Made by a program: the position numbers and the translations under genes. The notes beneath the pieces were generated by a model. The model saw only the letters and a program-made list of their open reading frames with translations, did not search any database and had not been told where the DNA came from. Of a DNA stretch of 64,000 nucleotides, positions 1 to 10,714 are shown piece by piece. Within the stretch, counting starts at the first letter, position 1. Every line of letters begins with the position of its first letter. Location: the NCBI GenBank assembly GCA_963668645.2, contig CAXXWC010000015.1, positions 32,001 through 96,000 of the forward strand, read 5' to 3'. Origin of the DNA: Desulfobacterales bacterium. Lineage in GTDB: Bacteria; Desulfobacterota; Desulfobacteria; Desulfobacterales; UBA2174.

Positions 1-766
1 GGTGCTGCTGGTGCGCGCGTCTCCGCCCCGGGCAACGGCGGCAGGGTCCCGCCTCATCAAGCACCTGCGGCAAGTTCGACAGCTGGAGGATCATCTGTTC
101 CCCGACATCGGGATGCCGCCGTCGCGCCCCTTCAGCACACTGGCCATCGGTGTCAATGCCGACAGCATCGCCACCTGGTTCCTCGATGCCGTCGCACCGC
201 TGCTGGCCGCCACCCCCGTGCTGCTCGATCTTCGGGTGGACGACCAGGAAAGGACCCAGGAGCTGCTGCGGACCGGTGATGTGGTCGGGAGCATTAGCAC
301 CCTGGACGTTGCGCTGCAAGGATGCCGTGCGGTCTATCTGGGCGGGATGGCCTACCGGCTTTACGGCACCCGGGCGTATGCCGCCAAGTGGTTTGCGGAC
401 GGGATGACCCGTAAAAGCGTCGAAACCGCTCCCTTCGTTGTATTCAACCGCTCTGACCGGCTTCATGAGAAAATGTGCCGCAGCGTCCTGGGAGCGGTGC
501 CCGGAACACTCAATGCCCACTATCTGCCCTCATCCGAGCGTTTTGTCGCCTTTATCGAGGACGGTCATGCCTGCGGGATGATCCCCGAGCAGCAGATCGG
601 CCAGCGGGTTGAGGAAGGAACGCTCATCGACCTGGCCCCGGGGCACGTGGTGGTGGAGCAGCTTTATTGGCATTGCTGGAATCTGCCGTCCCCCCTGTTG
701 GCGGCCCTGACCCGGTGCCTGATGCAAGGGGCTGCGGCGGCCCTGCACCCGAGCCGCGACAACTGA
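1..766 (+). CDS. argP: LysR-family regulator, ArgP/LysG type (5' end outside window)
   Basis: LAIGVNADSIATWF, DDQERT and LYWHCW motifs typical of ArgP/LysG; HTH lies upstream of the window. Confidence 0.85.
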   Translation, partial: VLLVRASPPRATAAGSRLIKHLRQVRQLEDHLFPDIGMPPSRPFSTLAIGVNADSIATWFLDAVAPLLAATPVLLDLRVDDQERTQELLRTGDVVGSISTLDVALQGCRAVYLGGMAYRLYGTRAYAAKWFADGMTRKSVETAPFVVFNRSDRLHEKMCRSVLGAVPGTLNAHYLPSSERFVAFIEDGHACGMIPEQQIGQRVEEGTLIDLAPGHVVVEQLYWHCWNLPSPLLAALTRCLMQGAAAALHPSRDN

Positions 767-1147
767 AGATCTCTCACAAGACAACTTTCCTGTTCTCTCT
801 TGATCGAATTCCTGCCCGGATCTGCCACCTGATTGAAACCGGATGGAGGCGGCTCTAAAGAGCGTCCCCCGGATTCCACCCTCTTCCCTGTTGAGAAAAT
901 ATTGAGAACAATGGTATTGACCCATAAGGATAGTTTTAGTACAAAAGATGATATCCATATCCTAACTAAACGTACAATCCATGCCGCCAATAGGATTAGC
1001 AGGATTCAAAAGGCGGCCTGTGTTTTTTCCATTTCGGCCGCGATTCCGCTGGGAGGCGGCTTCGGCCCGCCCTCTCGCCCCGGGTGGGCGAGCGGCAGGC
1101 AAGCCGCCGGTGCACGATCATCCGCATCATTCAAAGAGGAGGAAAGA

Positions 1148-2695
1148 ATGGGCACGCCGATTTTGAAACGACGTATGATGGTCTGGCTTCTCTCGGCCGT
1201 GATCGGCCTCCTCGGGCTCACCGCAGGCCGGGTCGCCCGGGCTGCAGAGCCGGAATACGGCGGCACGTTGCGCCACGTCGGAGAGCTGGAAGCCGCGGGC
1301 TTCGACGCCCTCCAGACCCGGGCACTCACCGGCACCGGCCGGCTGGCGGCAAGCCTCGTCATGGAAAAACTCTTCGAACGGGACGATGCCGGGGAACTGG
1401 TTCCGGCCCTGGGTCTTTCGCTGCAGCCCTCGCAGGACGAAACGGTCTGGACGATCCGGCTGCGGGAAAATGTCCGCTTTCACGACGGCACCCTGTTTAC
1501 GGCCGATGCCGTGGTGGACCACTGGCGCCGGCTCATCGACCCGCAGCTGCACTTCAGCGGCCGGATTTTCCTCACCCCCATCGCCGCCGTGGAAAAGGCC
1601 GGTCCTTACGAGGTGCGGTTCGTTTTGAAACATGCCTGGCCGGCCTTCGATACCTTCCTGACCTCGCCGATAGGATTCACCGCCTATATCCCGTCGCCCA
1701 AGGCGGTGGCCGAAGGCCGGCACCACCACGCACCGGTGGGCACCGGCCCGTTTATCTTCAAGGAGTGGAAGCGCGGGGACCGGATCGTGGTCCGCAAAAA
1801 TCCCGATTACTGGGACAAGGGGAAACCGTATCTGGACGAAGTCGTCTGCCGGGCCATCCCGGATCATGAGGCACGCTACGCGACCCTGGTCTCCGGGGAG
1901 GCGGACCTGATGATCACCGACCGCCCGTCGCACGTCAAGAAGCTCATGCAAAATCCGGATTTCGAGACCCATCCGGTCCACTGGCGGGGGGCCGGACTCC
2001 TCGCCCTGAACAACGCCCGCCCCCCCCTGGACGACATCCGGGTCCGCCGGGCGCTGGCCCTGGCCTGGGATCAAAAGGCGTATGTTGCGGCCAGCTTCAA
2101 GAACATCATGCCCGCGGTGACGCATTGGTACGGCGACGCCGTCGATTGCCGCGACACCGGCTACCCGGCGCCGGACCCGCAAAAGGCCAGGGCACTGATC
2201 GCGGCCTACGGCAAGCCGGTCTGCCTGGAATACATCCACAGCGCATCCAACCGGGGCCGCGAGGCGGGGATGATCATGCAGCAGATGTTCAAGGCGATCG
2301 GCGTCGAGGTGACGCCGGTGCCGATGGATTTTCCCGGCATCATGAAGCGTATTTTCAGCGAGGACTTCGATATCACCTCCTGGCTGATGCTGGGGTACAA
2401 CGACATGGGCCCCATCACCAAGGCGTACCTCCACTCGCAAAGCCGCTGGAACGTCTTTAGGTACGCCGACCCGGAAATGGACCGGCTCCTCGACGAACAG
2501 GAGCGGACCACCGATCCGCAGGTCCGGGCGAAGATCATGTGCGCCATCGTGCGCAAGGCCAATGCGGATATCCCCTTTCTCTATCTTTTCGGCCGCACCT
2601 ACTACGTCTTTGCGCGCAAGAACGTCCGGAATCTGGTCCTGACAAAAAGCGGCGAGGAAGAGATCCGGCTGGCCGGGATCTGGCTTGCACCCTGA
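1148..2695 (+). CDS. ABC transporter substrate-binding protein, family 5 (peptide/nickel)
   Basis: Signal peptide; LRENVRFHDGTLFTADAV and PVGTGPF motifs; GAGGAGG RBS before ATG 1148. Confidence 0.9.
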   Translation: MGTPILKRRMMVWLLSAVIGLLGLTAGRVARAAEPEYGGTLRHVGELEAAGFDALQTRALTGTGRLAASLVMEKLFERDDAGELVPALGLSLQPSQDETVWTIRLRENVRFHDGTLFTADAVVDHWRRLIDPQLHFSGRIFLTPIAAVEKAGPYEVRFVLKHAWPAFDTFLTSPIGFTAYIPSPKAVAEGRHHHAPVGTGPFIFKEWKRGDRIVVRKNPDYWDKGKPYLDEVVCRAIPDHEARYATLVSGEADLMITDRPSHVKKLMQNPDFETHPVHWRGAGLLALNNARPPLDDIRVRRALALAWDQKAYVAASFKNIMPAVTHWYGDAVDCRDTGYPAPDPQKARALIAAYGKPVCLEYIHSASNRGREAGMIMQQMFKAIGVEVTPVPMDFPGIMKRIFSEDFDITSWLMLGYNDMGPITKAYLHSQSRWNVFRYADPEMDRLLDEQERTTDPQVRAKIMCAIVRKANADIPFLYLFGRTYYVFARKNVRNLVLTKSGEEEIRLAGIWLAP

Positions 2696-2812
2696 CCGGC
2701 GGGGCGAAAAGAGGACAGATTCTCTTCAGGCAATCATCCATCTCGGCAAAAGGCGCTCAAGCACCCCGCCGGCGCGCACGCCGTCCCGGACAACATGAAG
2801 GAGAAACAGGCC

Positions 2813-4132
2813 ATGAACACAGAACTGACCGGCTCCTTTAACGACTTGGTGGAGCGTCTCCTGGGGGATCGCATACCGGAATCGCTGGCGGCCGCCGTGC
2901 ACCTGCCGGAGCTGCCGGCAGAGACACACAGTTTCATCCGCCGCATGCTCCTGCTCATGAAAAAGGCCCGCTACCCGGCCGCTAATTTCAACCCGACCCT
3001 TATCAACTGGGTCACCACCACGATCCCGAGCGTTCTGCCCGGGGCCTGGGGCGGACGGATCCCGCCCATCACCGTGCCGCGACGCCATGAAGCGCTGGAC
3101 GCCTATGTAGCCCGGCAAGCCGGGGCAGCGGGGGCCGCACGCCCCCTCTTCGTGGACGTGGGATGCGGCTTTCCCCCCGACACCACTGCCGATACGGCCA
3201 GAAACCTGCCGGGCTGGCAGGTGTACGGGGTGGATCGGGCCTTTGCCGCCTACGTCCTTTACGATCCTGACGGGCATTACGCCTGCTTCGATGAAGACGG
3301 CCGCTTCCAGTATTTTCAGGGCTTGATGAACAGCGGCGGGCGCGCCCTCTACCAGGCGCCACAGGAGACCCGGCGCCGGTTCACCGAACGGTTCGAGGCG
3401 CTTTGCCCCCTGCTGGGGGAGTCGGATCCGGGCGCCAGCAAGACCGTGGCCCGGGACGGCCACCGGCTCATCCGCGACCACCTGCACGATTTCGAGACGG
3501 AGAACCTGCATTTTTTCCCGGCGGACATCATGGCCCTCGAAATTCCGCCGGCCCGGGCGATCCGTTGCATGAACGTTCTGCTCTATTTTAAACAGAAAAC
3601 CCGGCAGGAACTGCTGCGCCGTCTTGCCGGGCTCCTGGACGAAGGCGGCCTCCTGATCACCGGCACCAACGGCCTCGCCATTCAGACCCGCTATGCGGTC
3701 TACCGCAAACAGGCCGGAGAACTGGTCCCGGTGGAGTTCGCCTTCAGCCTGGACAATCTGGGCCCCATCTCCTTCATGCCCTGGTTCACGATCCGGGAAG
3801 ACGACCCTGAGGCCGCCTTTCTGGCCGCGCTGGCCGCCGCGGTGCGCAAGGATGCGGCCGTCTGGCCTGACTTCAGCGGCCGCCTGGACGCGCTGTTTCA
3901 GGATCACGGCATCTGCCGGCGCTGCCCGGACGGTTTCTTCCGGTTTCCGCGCCAGGAGCCGTCCTTGAGTCAATTTTTGACGACCTACCGGACCATCTGG
4001 CGTCAGGTGGCGGCCGAGGGGTACACCGGCCGGTGTGTGAAGACGCTCTCCAGGGCCGGGTTCGAAGCCTGGGAGAATCCGGTGGGTGATGTGGCGGTGC
4101 GGCCCCTGCCGGCACCGTTTTGGGTCGAATGA
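2813..4132 (+). CDS. SAM-dependent methyltransferase-like protein (CheR-like C-terminal motifs)
   Basis: FVDVGCG motif I; IRCMNVLLYF...LDEGGLLITG resembles the CheR C-terminus; AAGGAG RBS. Confidence 0.65.
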   Translation: MNTELTGSFNDLVERLLGDRIPESLAAAVHLPELPAETHSFIRRMLLLMKKARYPAANFNPTLINWVTTTIPSVLPGAWGGRIPPITVPRRHEALDAYVARQAGAAGAARPLFVDVGCGFPPDTTADTARNLPGWQVYGVDRAFAAYVLYDPDGHYACFDEDGRFQYFQGLMNSGGRALYQAPQETRRRFTERFEALCPLLGESDPGASKTVARDGHRLIRDHLHDFETENLHFFPADIMALEIPPARAIRCMNVLLYFKQKTRQELLRRLAGLLDEGGLLITGTNGLAIQTRYAVYRKQAGELVPVEFAFSLDNLGPISFMPWFTIREDDPEAAFLAALAAAVRKDAAVWPDFSGRLDALFQDHGICRRCPDGFFRFPRQEPSLSQFLTTYRTIWRQVAAEGYTGRCVKTLSRAGFEAWENPVGDVAVRPLPAPFWVE

Positions 4133-4139
4133 ACAGGGG

Positions 4140-5099
4140 GTGGCCTTGGTCGCGATCGGCAAAAAACTGTTGCGGCTCCTCCTGGTGGTCTGGCTGGTGA
4201 CGGTCCTGACCTTTCTCATGGTCTCGATCCTGCCGGGGGACGCCGCCTTCACGCGGACCGGATTCGAGGCCTCGGCCGACGACGTCCGGGCCGCCAGACA
4301 CGAAATCGGTCTGGATCGCAACGTCATGGTCCGCTATGCCCTGTGGGTGGGGGATCTTGCCAGCGGCGATCTCGGGACTTCCCTGATTACTCGTGAGCCG
4401 GTGTTCGATGCCATCTGCGCCCGCCTGCCGGTCACCGTCGAGCTGATGCTCCTGGCCCAGCTTATCGCCCTTTTGCTGGCCGTTCCCACCGGAATGCTCA
4501 CCGCCTGCAAACCCCACACGCTCATCGACAAGGCGTTCATGGCCGTGGCCTTTGCCATGGTCTCGATGCCGGTCTTCGTGATGGGCATCGTGCTGATCTT
4601 CTGCTTTGCCGTCAAACTCCAGTGGCTGCCAGCCACCGGATATGTCCCCCTCTCCCAAGGCATCTGGCCGAACCTGCGCGCCTTTGTCATGCCGGCGGTG
4701 AGCATCGCCATGGTGGAATGGGTGGTGCTGATGCGGGTGCTCAGAAACGACATGATCGACACCCTGCAGCAGGAGTATATCCTCATGGCCCGGTCCAAGG
4801 GGGTGCCGCCCGGCCGGATCCTCTTGCGCCACGCCCTGCGGCCGTCGCTCTTCACCCTGATCACCATCGTCGGGATGCAGGTCGGATATCTGGTCGGCGG
4901 GGCCCTGGTGGTGGAGACCATCTTCGCGTTGCCGGGGATCGGGCGGCTCCTGGTGGCGGCCATCTATGACCGGGACGTGACGGTGATCCAGGGGTGCGTC
5001 CTCTTGATCACCATCGCCTATGTCCTTATCAACGCGGCGGTGGACATCGCCTATGGCGCTCTGGACCCGCGGATCCGCAAAGGGGGGACGGTTGGCTGA
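4140..5099 (+). CDS. ABC permease, DppB/OppB type
   Basis: ILPGDAA, GDLGTSL, EYILMARSKG, VVETIFALPGIG; hydrophobic. Confidence 0.9.
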   Translation: MALVAIGKKLLRLLLVVWLVTVLTFLMVSILPGDAAFTRTGFEASADDVRAARHEIGLDRNVMVRYALWVGDLASGDLGTSLITREPVFDAICARLPVTVELMLLAQLIALLLAVPTGMLTACKPHTLIDKAFMAVAFAMVSMPVFVMGIVLIFCFAVKLQWLPATGYVPLSQGIWPNLRAFVMPAVSIAMVEWVVLMRVLRNDMIDTLQQEYILMARSKGVPPGRILLRHALRPSLFTLITIVGMQVGYLVGGALVVETIFALPGIGRLLVAAIYDRDVTVIQGCVLLITIAYVLINAAVDIAYGALDPRIRKGGTVG

Positions 5100-5958
5100 A
5101 CCACTGCGGCAGGCCGTGCGCCCCGAACGGCTGGGCCCCGCCTTCTGGCTCGCCTGCCTCTGGGTCCTGGCCCTCGCGGTTTTGGCCCTCGCGGCGGACC
5201 ACCTCCCCCTGCCTGCTTGCGACCGGATGGACTGGCGCCACCTGGAAGCCCCGCCGGGCACCGAAGCCCCCCTGGACCGGTCCGTTTTCCTGCTGGGCAC
5301 CGACACCATGGGCCGGGACATGGCCGCCCGGATCATCCACGGTGGGCGCATCTCCCTTCCGGTGGGGCTCCTGCCGCCCCTGATCGGGCTGGTGATCGGC
5401 GGTTTCCTCGGTCTTCTGGCCGGGTTCTACCGCGGACGCACCGGATTTTTGATCATGGCCTTGATGGACGCCATCCTCGCCTTTCCCGCCATGGTCCTGC
5501 TGCTGGTGATGACAGTCCTCTTTTCCCCCGGGCTGGGCAACATCATTCTCGCCATGGGGCTGATCACCATCCCGTACTTCGCCCGGGTCGCCCGGGCCAA
5601 CACCCTGGCCTTGGCCCAGCGGGAGTTCGTCCAGAGTGCACGGATGCTCGGGCTCGGCGATGCGGCCATCATGGCCGGAGAGATCCTTCCCAACATCGTG
5701 ATGCCGCTGGTCGTCTACGCCCTGCTGCTCGTTTCGTACATGATCGTGGCCGAAGGGACCCTGGGCTTTCTCGGGCTCGGCGTCCCCGCCCCGGCACCGA
5801 GCTGGGGCGGGATAATCGCCGACGGCAAGGAGGCCCTGGGCGAAGCGCCCCATATCAGCCTGATCCCGGCGCTCGTGCTCTTTGTTACCGTGCTGTCCTT
5901 CAATGTCATCGCCGATGCGGTCAAACGGGTGTTCGCCTCGCAGGAGTGCCGCCTGTGA
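5092..5958 (+). CDS. ABC permease, DppC/OppC type
   Basis: LLGTDTMGRD, REFVQSARMLG, PSWG motifs; overlaps the upstream stop. Confidence 0.9.
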   Translation: MAEPLRQAVRPERLGPAFWLACLWVLALAVLALAADHLPLPACDRMDWRHLEAPPGTEAPLDRSVFLLGTDTMGRDMAARIIHGGRISLPVGLLPPLIGLVIGGFLGLLAGFYRGRTGFLIMALMDAILAFPAMVLLLVMTVLFSPGLGNIILAMGLITIPYFARVARANTLALAQREFVQSARMLGLGDAAIMAGEILPNIVMPLVVYALLLVSYMIVAEGTLGFLGLGVPAPAPSWGGIIADGKEALGEAPHISLIPALVLFVTVLSFNVIADAVKRVFASQECRL

Positions 5959-6962
5959 ACCGGATCGCCCCAGCACCGGCAGAACCCCTCCTCGAGGTCC
6001 GGCACCTGTCGCTGCGCCTGCCCACGGCAACGGGCGCGGTGCAGGCTGTCACCGATGTCGGCTTCAGGCTCGAGCGGGGCAAGACGCTGGCGATCCTGGG
6101 CGAATCGGGCAGCGGCAAAACAATGCTCTGCCGCACCCTGATGGGCCTCCAGCCCAAGACGGCCATCCTGGCCAGAGACGCCCGGATCATCCTGGAAGGA
6201 GAAGAGATCGCCGGCATTTGCGAAAAGGCCTACAACCGGATCCGCGCCGCCAGGATCGCCATGGTCTTCCAGGACCCCCTTTCGGCCCTCACGCCGCTGA
6301 TGACCGTGGGAAAACAGGTCGCCGAGCCCCTGGTGGTCCACCGGCGGCTGGGCCCCGGGCCGGCCCGCCGCCGGGCGGTTGAACTTCTGGAGGCCGTGGG
6401 GATCGCCGAACCGCAGCGGCGCGCCGGCCAGTATCCCCACGAGCTTTCCGGCGGGATGCGCCAGCGGGTGGCCATCGCCGCCGCCCTGGCCTGCGATCCG
6501 GTCCTCCTGATCGCCGACGAGCCGACCACCGCCCTGGACGTCACGGTCCAGCAAAGCATCCTCGATCTGCTCTGCCGGGAACAGGCCCGGCGCAAGATGG
6601 CCCTGATCCTGGTCACCCACGATCTTCACATCGCCGCGGGCCGGGCCCATGAAGCGGCCGTGATGTATGCCGGCCGGATCGTGGAGCAGATCCCGGCGGC
6701 CGCCCTTCTGTCCGGGGCCGTGATGCCGTATACCCGGGCCCTGATCGATGCCCTTCCCCCGGTGGACCGGCCGCCCCATACCGCCCTTTATCCCATCGAG
6801 GGGCAGCCGCCGGACCTGAAAAGGCCGATCCCGGGCTGTGCCTTTGCCCCCCGGTGCCGCCGGGCAGACCGGTCCTGCGACGAATCGGCACCACCCCTCG
6901 CGCCCGGTCCGGGGCCGAACCATCGGGTGGCTTGCCGGCATCCGTTCGGGATGGTGCCATGA
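5955..6962 (+). CDS. ABC ATP-binding protein, DppD type
   Basis: GESGSGKT, LSGGMRQR, LIADEPTT, C-terminal GCAFAPRC; GTGA overlap. Confidence 0.92.
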   Translation: MNRIAPAPAEPLLEVRHLSLRLPTATGAVQAVTDVGFRLERGKTLAILGESGSGKTMLCRTLMGLQPKTAILARDARIILEGEEIAGICEKAYNRIRAARIAMVFQDPLSALTPLMTVGKQVAEPLVVHRRLGPGPARRRAVELLEAVGIAEPQRRAGQYPHELSGGMRQRVAIAAALACDPVLLIADEPTTALDVTVQQSILDLLCREQARRKMALILVTHDLHIAAGRAHEAAVMYAGRIVEQIPAAALLSGAVMPYTRALIDALPPVDRPPHTALYPIEGQPPDLKRPIPGCAFAPRCRRADRSCDESAPPLAPGPGPNHRVACRHPFGMVP

Positions 6963-7957
6963 ACCGGTCATCCCCCCTGCTGGCGGTCAGCCGCCTGACC
7001 GTCTCCTACCCCATGGGCCGGGGACCGGCCTGCCGGGCCGTCTCGGGGGTGAGTTTCCGGTTGGAAAAAGGAGAGACCCTCGGCCTGGTGGGCGAATCGG
7101 GGTGCGGCAAGACTTCGCTGGCCCGGGCCATCATCCAGCTCCCGCCCCCCACCGCCGGCGAGGTCCGCTTTCACGGAGAAGACCTGACCCGTGCCGCCAA
7201 AGACCGCCTGCGCCGGCTGCGGCCGCGGTTTCAGATGATCTTCCAGGATTCGGCCTCGGCCCTCAACCCGCGGCGGCCGGTGGGAAAAACCATCGCCATG
7301 CCGCTTTCGGTCACCGGGCGCATCTGCCGGGACCGGCAGTCCGCCGCAGCCCGGAAGATGCTCGCCGCAGTGGGCCTCGATCCGCAAACGGCCGGCTGGC
7401 GCCCCTACCGTTTTTCCGGCGGCCAGTGCCAGCGGATCCAGATCGCCCGGGCCCTGATGGCAAGGCCTGAGCTGCTCATCTGCGACGAACCGGTCTCGGC
7501 CCTGGATGTCTCCATCCAGGCCCAGATCCTCAACCTGCTGGAGCAATGCCGGCGCCGCTACGGGCTGACCCTTCTTTTCATCTCCCACGATATGGCGGTG
7601 ATCAAAAACGTCTCGGACCGGGTCATGGTGATGTACCTCGGCAAGATCTGCGAGATCGCGCCGACCGAAGCGATCTTCCGCCGCCCCGCCCACCCGTACA
7701 CGGCCACCCTCATCGCCGCCATACCGGCCATGGGCAGAAAGCGGCATCGCTTAAAAGAAGCCGCTGCGCACATAGAAATCCCCTCCCCGCTCCACCCGCC
7801 GCCCGGGTGCCGGTTCCATCCCCGCTGCCCTTTCCGGCGGCCGCAGTGCACCCGGGCCGAGCCCGCCCTCACGACCGTGGACGAGGGCCGGCAGGTGGCC
7901 TGTCACCATCCCTTGGATCTGCTGGCCGAAACGGATCGTCGCCGGCTTTCGCGTTAA
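6959..7957 (+). CDS. ABC ATP-binding protein, DppF type
   Basis: GESGCGKT, FSGGQCQR, ICDEPVSALD, GCRFHPRC; ATGA overlap. Confidence 0.92.
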   Translation: MNRSSPLLAVSRLTVSYPMGRGPACRAVSGVSFRLEKGETLGLVGESGCGKTSLARAIIQLPPPTAGEVRFHGEDLTRAAKDRLRRLRPRFQMIFQDSASALNPRRPVGKTIAMPLSVTGRICRDRQSAAARKMLAAVGLDPQTAGWRPYRFSGGQCQRIQIARALMARPELLICDEPVSALDVSIQAQILNLLEQCRRRYGLTLLFISHDMAVIKNVSDRVMVMYLGKICEIAPTEAIFRRPAHPYTATLIAAIPAMGRKRHRLKEAAAHIEIPSPLHPPPGCRFHPRCPFRRPQCTRAEPALTTVDEGRQVACHHPLDLLAETDRRRLSR

Positions 7958-8070
7958 AATGCTTTCGGGATTACAGGTTGTGGGAAACCGATTTTTGAAT
8001 CGCCTCACCGGAACGATTGGTTCTCTTAAAACCTTAAAACGGGCTATTTCTTGATCTTAACCCGCACCGA

Positions 8071-8898
8071 TTAAGCATCCAGCTTGTTCTGCCGCTGCTC
8101 TCTGCCACCGTCAGCGGCCATACGCCAGACAACGCTGCCGCAGCCGGAAAAGTCGACAAGCCCGGCAAAAAGGGCTTTCACCTTTTCGCAACGTGCCGGG
8201 TAGTCCAGGGCGGGAAAAAGGGAGGCGGACTGGGCCGGTATGGAAAAAAAATCGATGAGAAAATCGGTGTCCAGGGGACGTATCCAATGGTGGTGGGCCA
8301 CCGGGCCGCGAATACGGGCAAGGGCCTGGCAGGCCTTATCGTAGTCGGTGATCACGCGAAACCGCGGCCTTGCCTCGCCCAGTCGGTCAAATGCCAGATC
8401 CAAAAGATCCGCGCCGTCTGGGCCGGTAAGATTGGGGTAGAATGAAAAGGCGATCTTTCCACCCGGGTCAAGGCAGGCGGCGGCCTCTTGCAGGCTCCTT
8501 TCAGCGTCGGGGAAGATGAACAGAGAAGCGTTGTACAGCACGAAATCGAAACGGCGGCCGGCGGCCACCTCGACCAGGCGTTCGCCGTCTCCCACCACGA
8601 GCTCGACGCTCCGGGATGCAACATCCGCCCTCCCGGCAGCGACCATCGCCGGCGAAAGATCCACCCCCAGCACCGTGCAGCCGAATTGTTCGCTGAGCAC
8701 CCGCGCCGAAATCCCATTGCCGCAGCCCACATCAAGGATCGCTGAACCGGGGCGCACCCCGACCCACCGGGCCAGCTCGGCACTCAGGGCCGCGAAAAAC
8801 CCGTGCTTGTCCTCGAAAGCCTGGTAGATCGCCAAGCTGCGGTCGAAGTTGGCGGCAACGTTCTTCTTGACCTTTTCCCCAAAATCACCGGATCCCAT
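8071..8898 (-). CDS. Class I SAM-dependent methyltransferase
   Basis: ILDVGCGNG, GVDLSPAMV, GDGE motifs. Confidence 0.85.
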   Translation of the reverse strand: MGSGDFGEKVKKNVAANFDRSLAIYQAFEDKHGFFAALSAELARWVGVRPGSAILDVGCGNGISARVLSEQFGCTVLGVDLSPAMVAAGRADVASRSVELVVGDGERLVEVAAGRRFDFVLYNASLFIFPDAERSLQEAAACLDPGGKIAFSFYPNLTGPDGADLLDLAFDRLGEARPRFRVITDYDKACQALARIRGPVAHHHWIRPLDTDFLIDFFSIPAQSASLFPALDYPARCEKVKALFAGLVDFSGCGSVVWRMAADGGREQRQNKLDA

Positions 8899-9263
8899 CC
8901 GTCCACCTTTCCTGGCCCCCTGGGGCCTGCGCGAGCCCTGGTAGCAATGCCATATAATCTACGCCGGTTGGCCAAGCCATTTGGGCCGGCGCGCATCGGC
9001 GCCGGCTTCTTTGGCCAGCACGCCCGGACCGACTTCCACCCGCCCGAATTCGACAACCTTAACCGGTACCCACGATAAGGGCGACCGGCCACCTCGTCGC
9101 CGGGTGGCCGGGGTCTAAAACCTATGCCGGAATCGACTTGCATTCAAGTCACAATTAGCATCCTGCCCTGCCAACCGACCCAACGCATCGACATAAGCCG
9201 GACATCTGAAAACTGTTTGAAAATCGGCTGAACGTCCAAGGAATTGCAGTTTGTCACCCCGAC

Positions 9264-9450
9264 TTGGTAGCCATCATCAAAAAGCGCCTCGGCATCGACC
9301 AGAGCCTCTACACTATTTTACAGATCCTGAGTCTTACCCTATTCGAAAAAACGATGCTTTTTCATCTACTTGATGTTAGTGGTCACGATAAGTCGGATAA
9401 GGATTCCCATATCCAATTGAAATTATTCGACTCCTAACCGGACACTACTG
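9264..9450 (+). mobile_element. IS4-family remnant: transposase C-terminus plus right inverted repeat
   Basis: Translates to LVAIIKKRLGIDQSLYTILQILSLTLFEK...QLKLFDS*, followed by an IR-like end TAACCGGACACTACTG; no start codon or N-terminal part. Confidence 0.75.
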
Positions 9451-9664
9451 ATATTTAGTGTAATATATAATTAATTTCATGTTTACGCGCGGCAGAAGGC
9501 AGACATAGGAATGGCGCCAATATTCTACTCCCCGCAATTTAAGGCGGTCAGGCTCAGAATTTCATTATTAGCAGGGGGCGGTGATCGTTTGGCGCACGAT
9601 TATTTTGACATCACACCGCCTTTCGGCAATGATCAGACGACGAACCGCCAATATGGAGCCCCTT

Positions 9665-10627
9665 ATGCCGGAATCGCTGTCGAAAGACGATATCCGCCGG
9701 ATGGCGAACAGATGGGTTCCGGCCTCGAAGAATATCGGCCGGATCCATTACGACACCAGCGATTTTTTCAATGTTCAATACGGGGATATCGCTGTTCTCG
9801 ACAACAAGGCCTTTCTGGTGCGACACAATGCCAAGGAAGGGCGTTTCGGGGTGGATGACGAGGTCAAGCATTGGGTAAAGCGCTGCATCGATCTGCAGGA
9901 CGGCAGTCTGAAAGTCGTCAAGCTGGTGTTTTTTGAAAAGTTCAGGGCCACCATCGCCGATTTGAGTTTCGAGTGTTTCCGCAGCCCGCTAAAGGAGGCC
10001 CGGATTCTGGATCTGGTGGCGGATCACGAAAATTTCATGCACGGCTATTCGGTCAAAGATGAGGCCGGCAATATCGTGCGGGTCATCGACTACATCTACG
10101 GCAAATCACTTCATGCCTTTATCCATGGCCTTTCGATGGACCATGAAGCGTACTATCATCAGACTTTCCCCGACATTTTCAAAAACTTTGTCCAATGCGT
10201 CCAGGCGATCGATTTTCTTCACCACCATCTGGAAAAACACGGCGATATCCGGCGGGATCATATCATCATAGACCGGGAATCGGGCCGCTACCGGTGGATC
10301 GACTTCGACTTCAACTACATGCACCGCGAAAACATGTTCAGCTACGATCTTTTCGGACTCGGCAACATCCTGATATTCATTGCCGGCATGGGGGATGTGT
10401 TAATCGGCGAGCTGAAGAAGAAAAAGCCCGAAATACTCGAAAGGTTGAACCCTAAAGATCTCAATATCGTATTTCACAACCGGGTGGCCAACCTGAAAAA
10501 AGTCTACCCATACATTTCGCAATCGCTGAACCGGATATTGCTGCATTTCTCCACGGGTGCGGAGATTCATTACGAAAATACGACCCAGTTGTTGTGTGAT
10601 ATGGGTGAAGTTCTTCAGTCACTTTAG
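9665..10627 (+). CDS. Protein kinase-like protein
   Basis: VVKL (VAIK-like), HGDIRRDHII catalytic loop, WIDFD, YDLFGLG; start uncertain (9653 or 9665). Confidence 0.75.
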   Translation: MPESLSKDDIRRMANRWVPASKNIGRIHYDTSDFFNVQYGDIAVLDNKAFLVRHNAKEGRFGVDDEVKHWVKRCIDLQDGSLKVVKLVFFEKFRATIADLSFECFRSPLKEARILDLVADHENFMHGYSVKDEAGNIVRVIDYIYGKSLHAFIHGLSMDHEAYYHQTFPDIFKNFVQCVQAIDFLHHHLEKHGDIRRDHIIIDRESGRYRWIDFDFNYMHRENMFSYDLFGLGNILIFIAGMGDVLIGELKKKKPEILERLNPKDLNIVFHNRVANLKKVYPYISQSLNRILLHFSTGAEIHYENTTQLLCDMGEVLQSL

Positions 10628-10714
10628 CGGTCAAAATCGGACAAACATTTAACGCAAAAAACGAACGTTCAGGGCCTGTAGTCACAACAACGGCCGGAAG
10701 AAGGAGGCGCCCCG

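Noticed and set aside
960..1147. Structured leader or riboswitch before the family-5 binding protein
   Set aside because: GC hairpins are present, but there is no recognisable aptamer and no biased-codon leader peptide.
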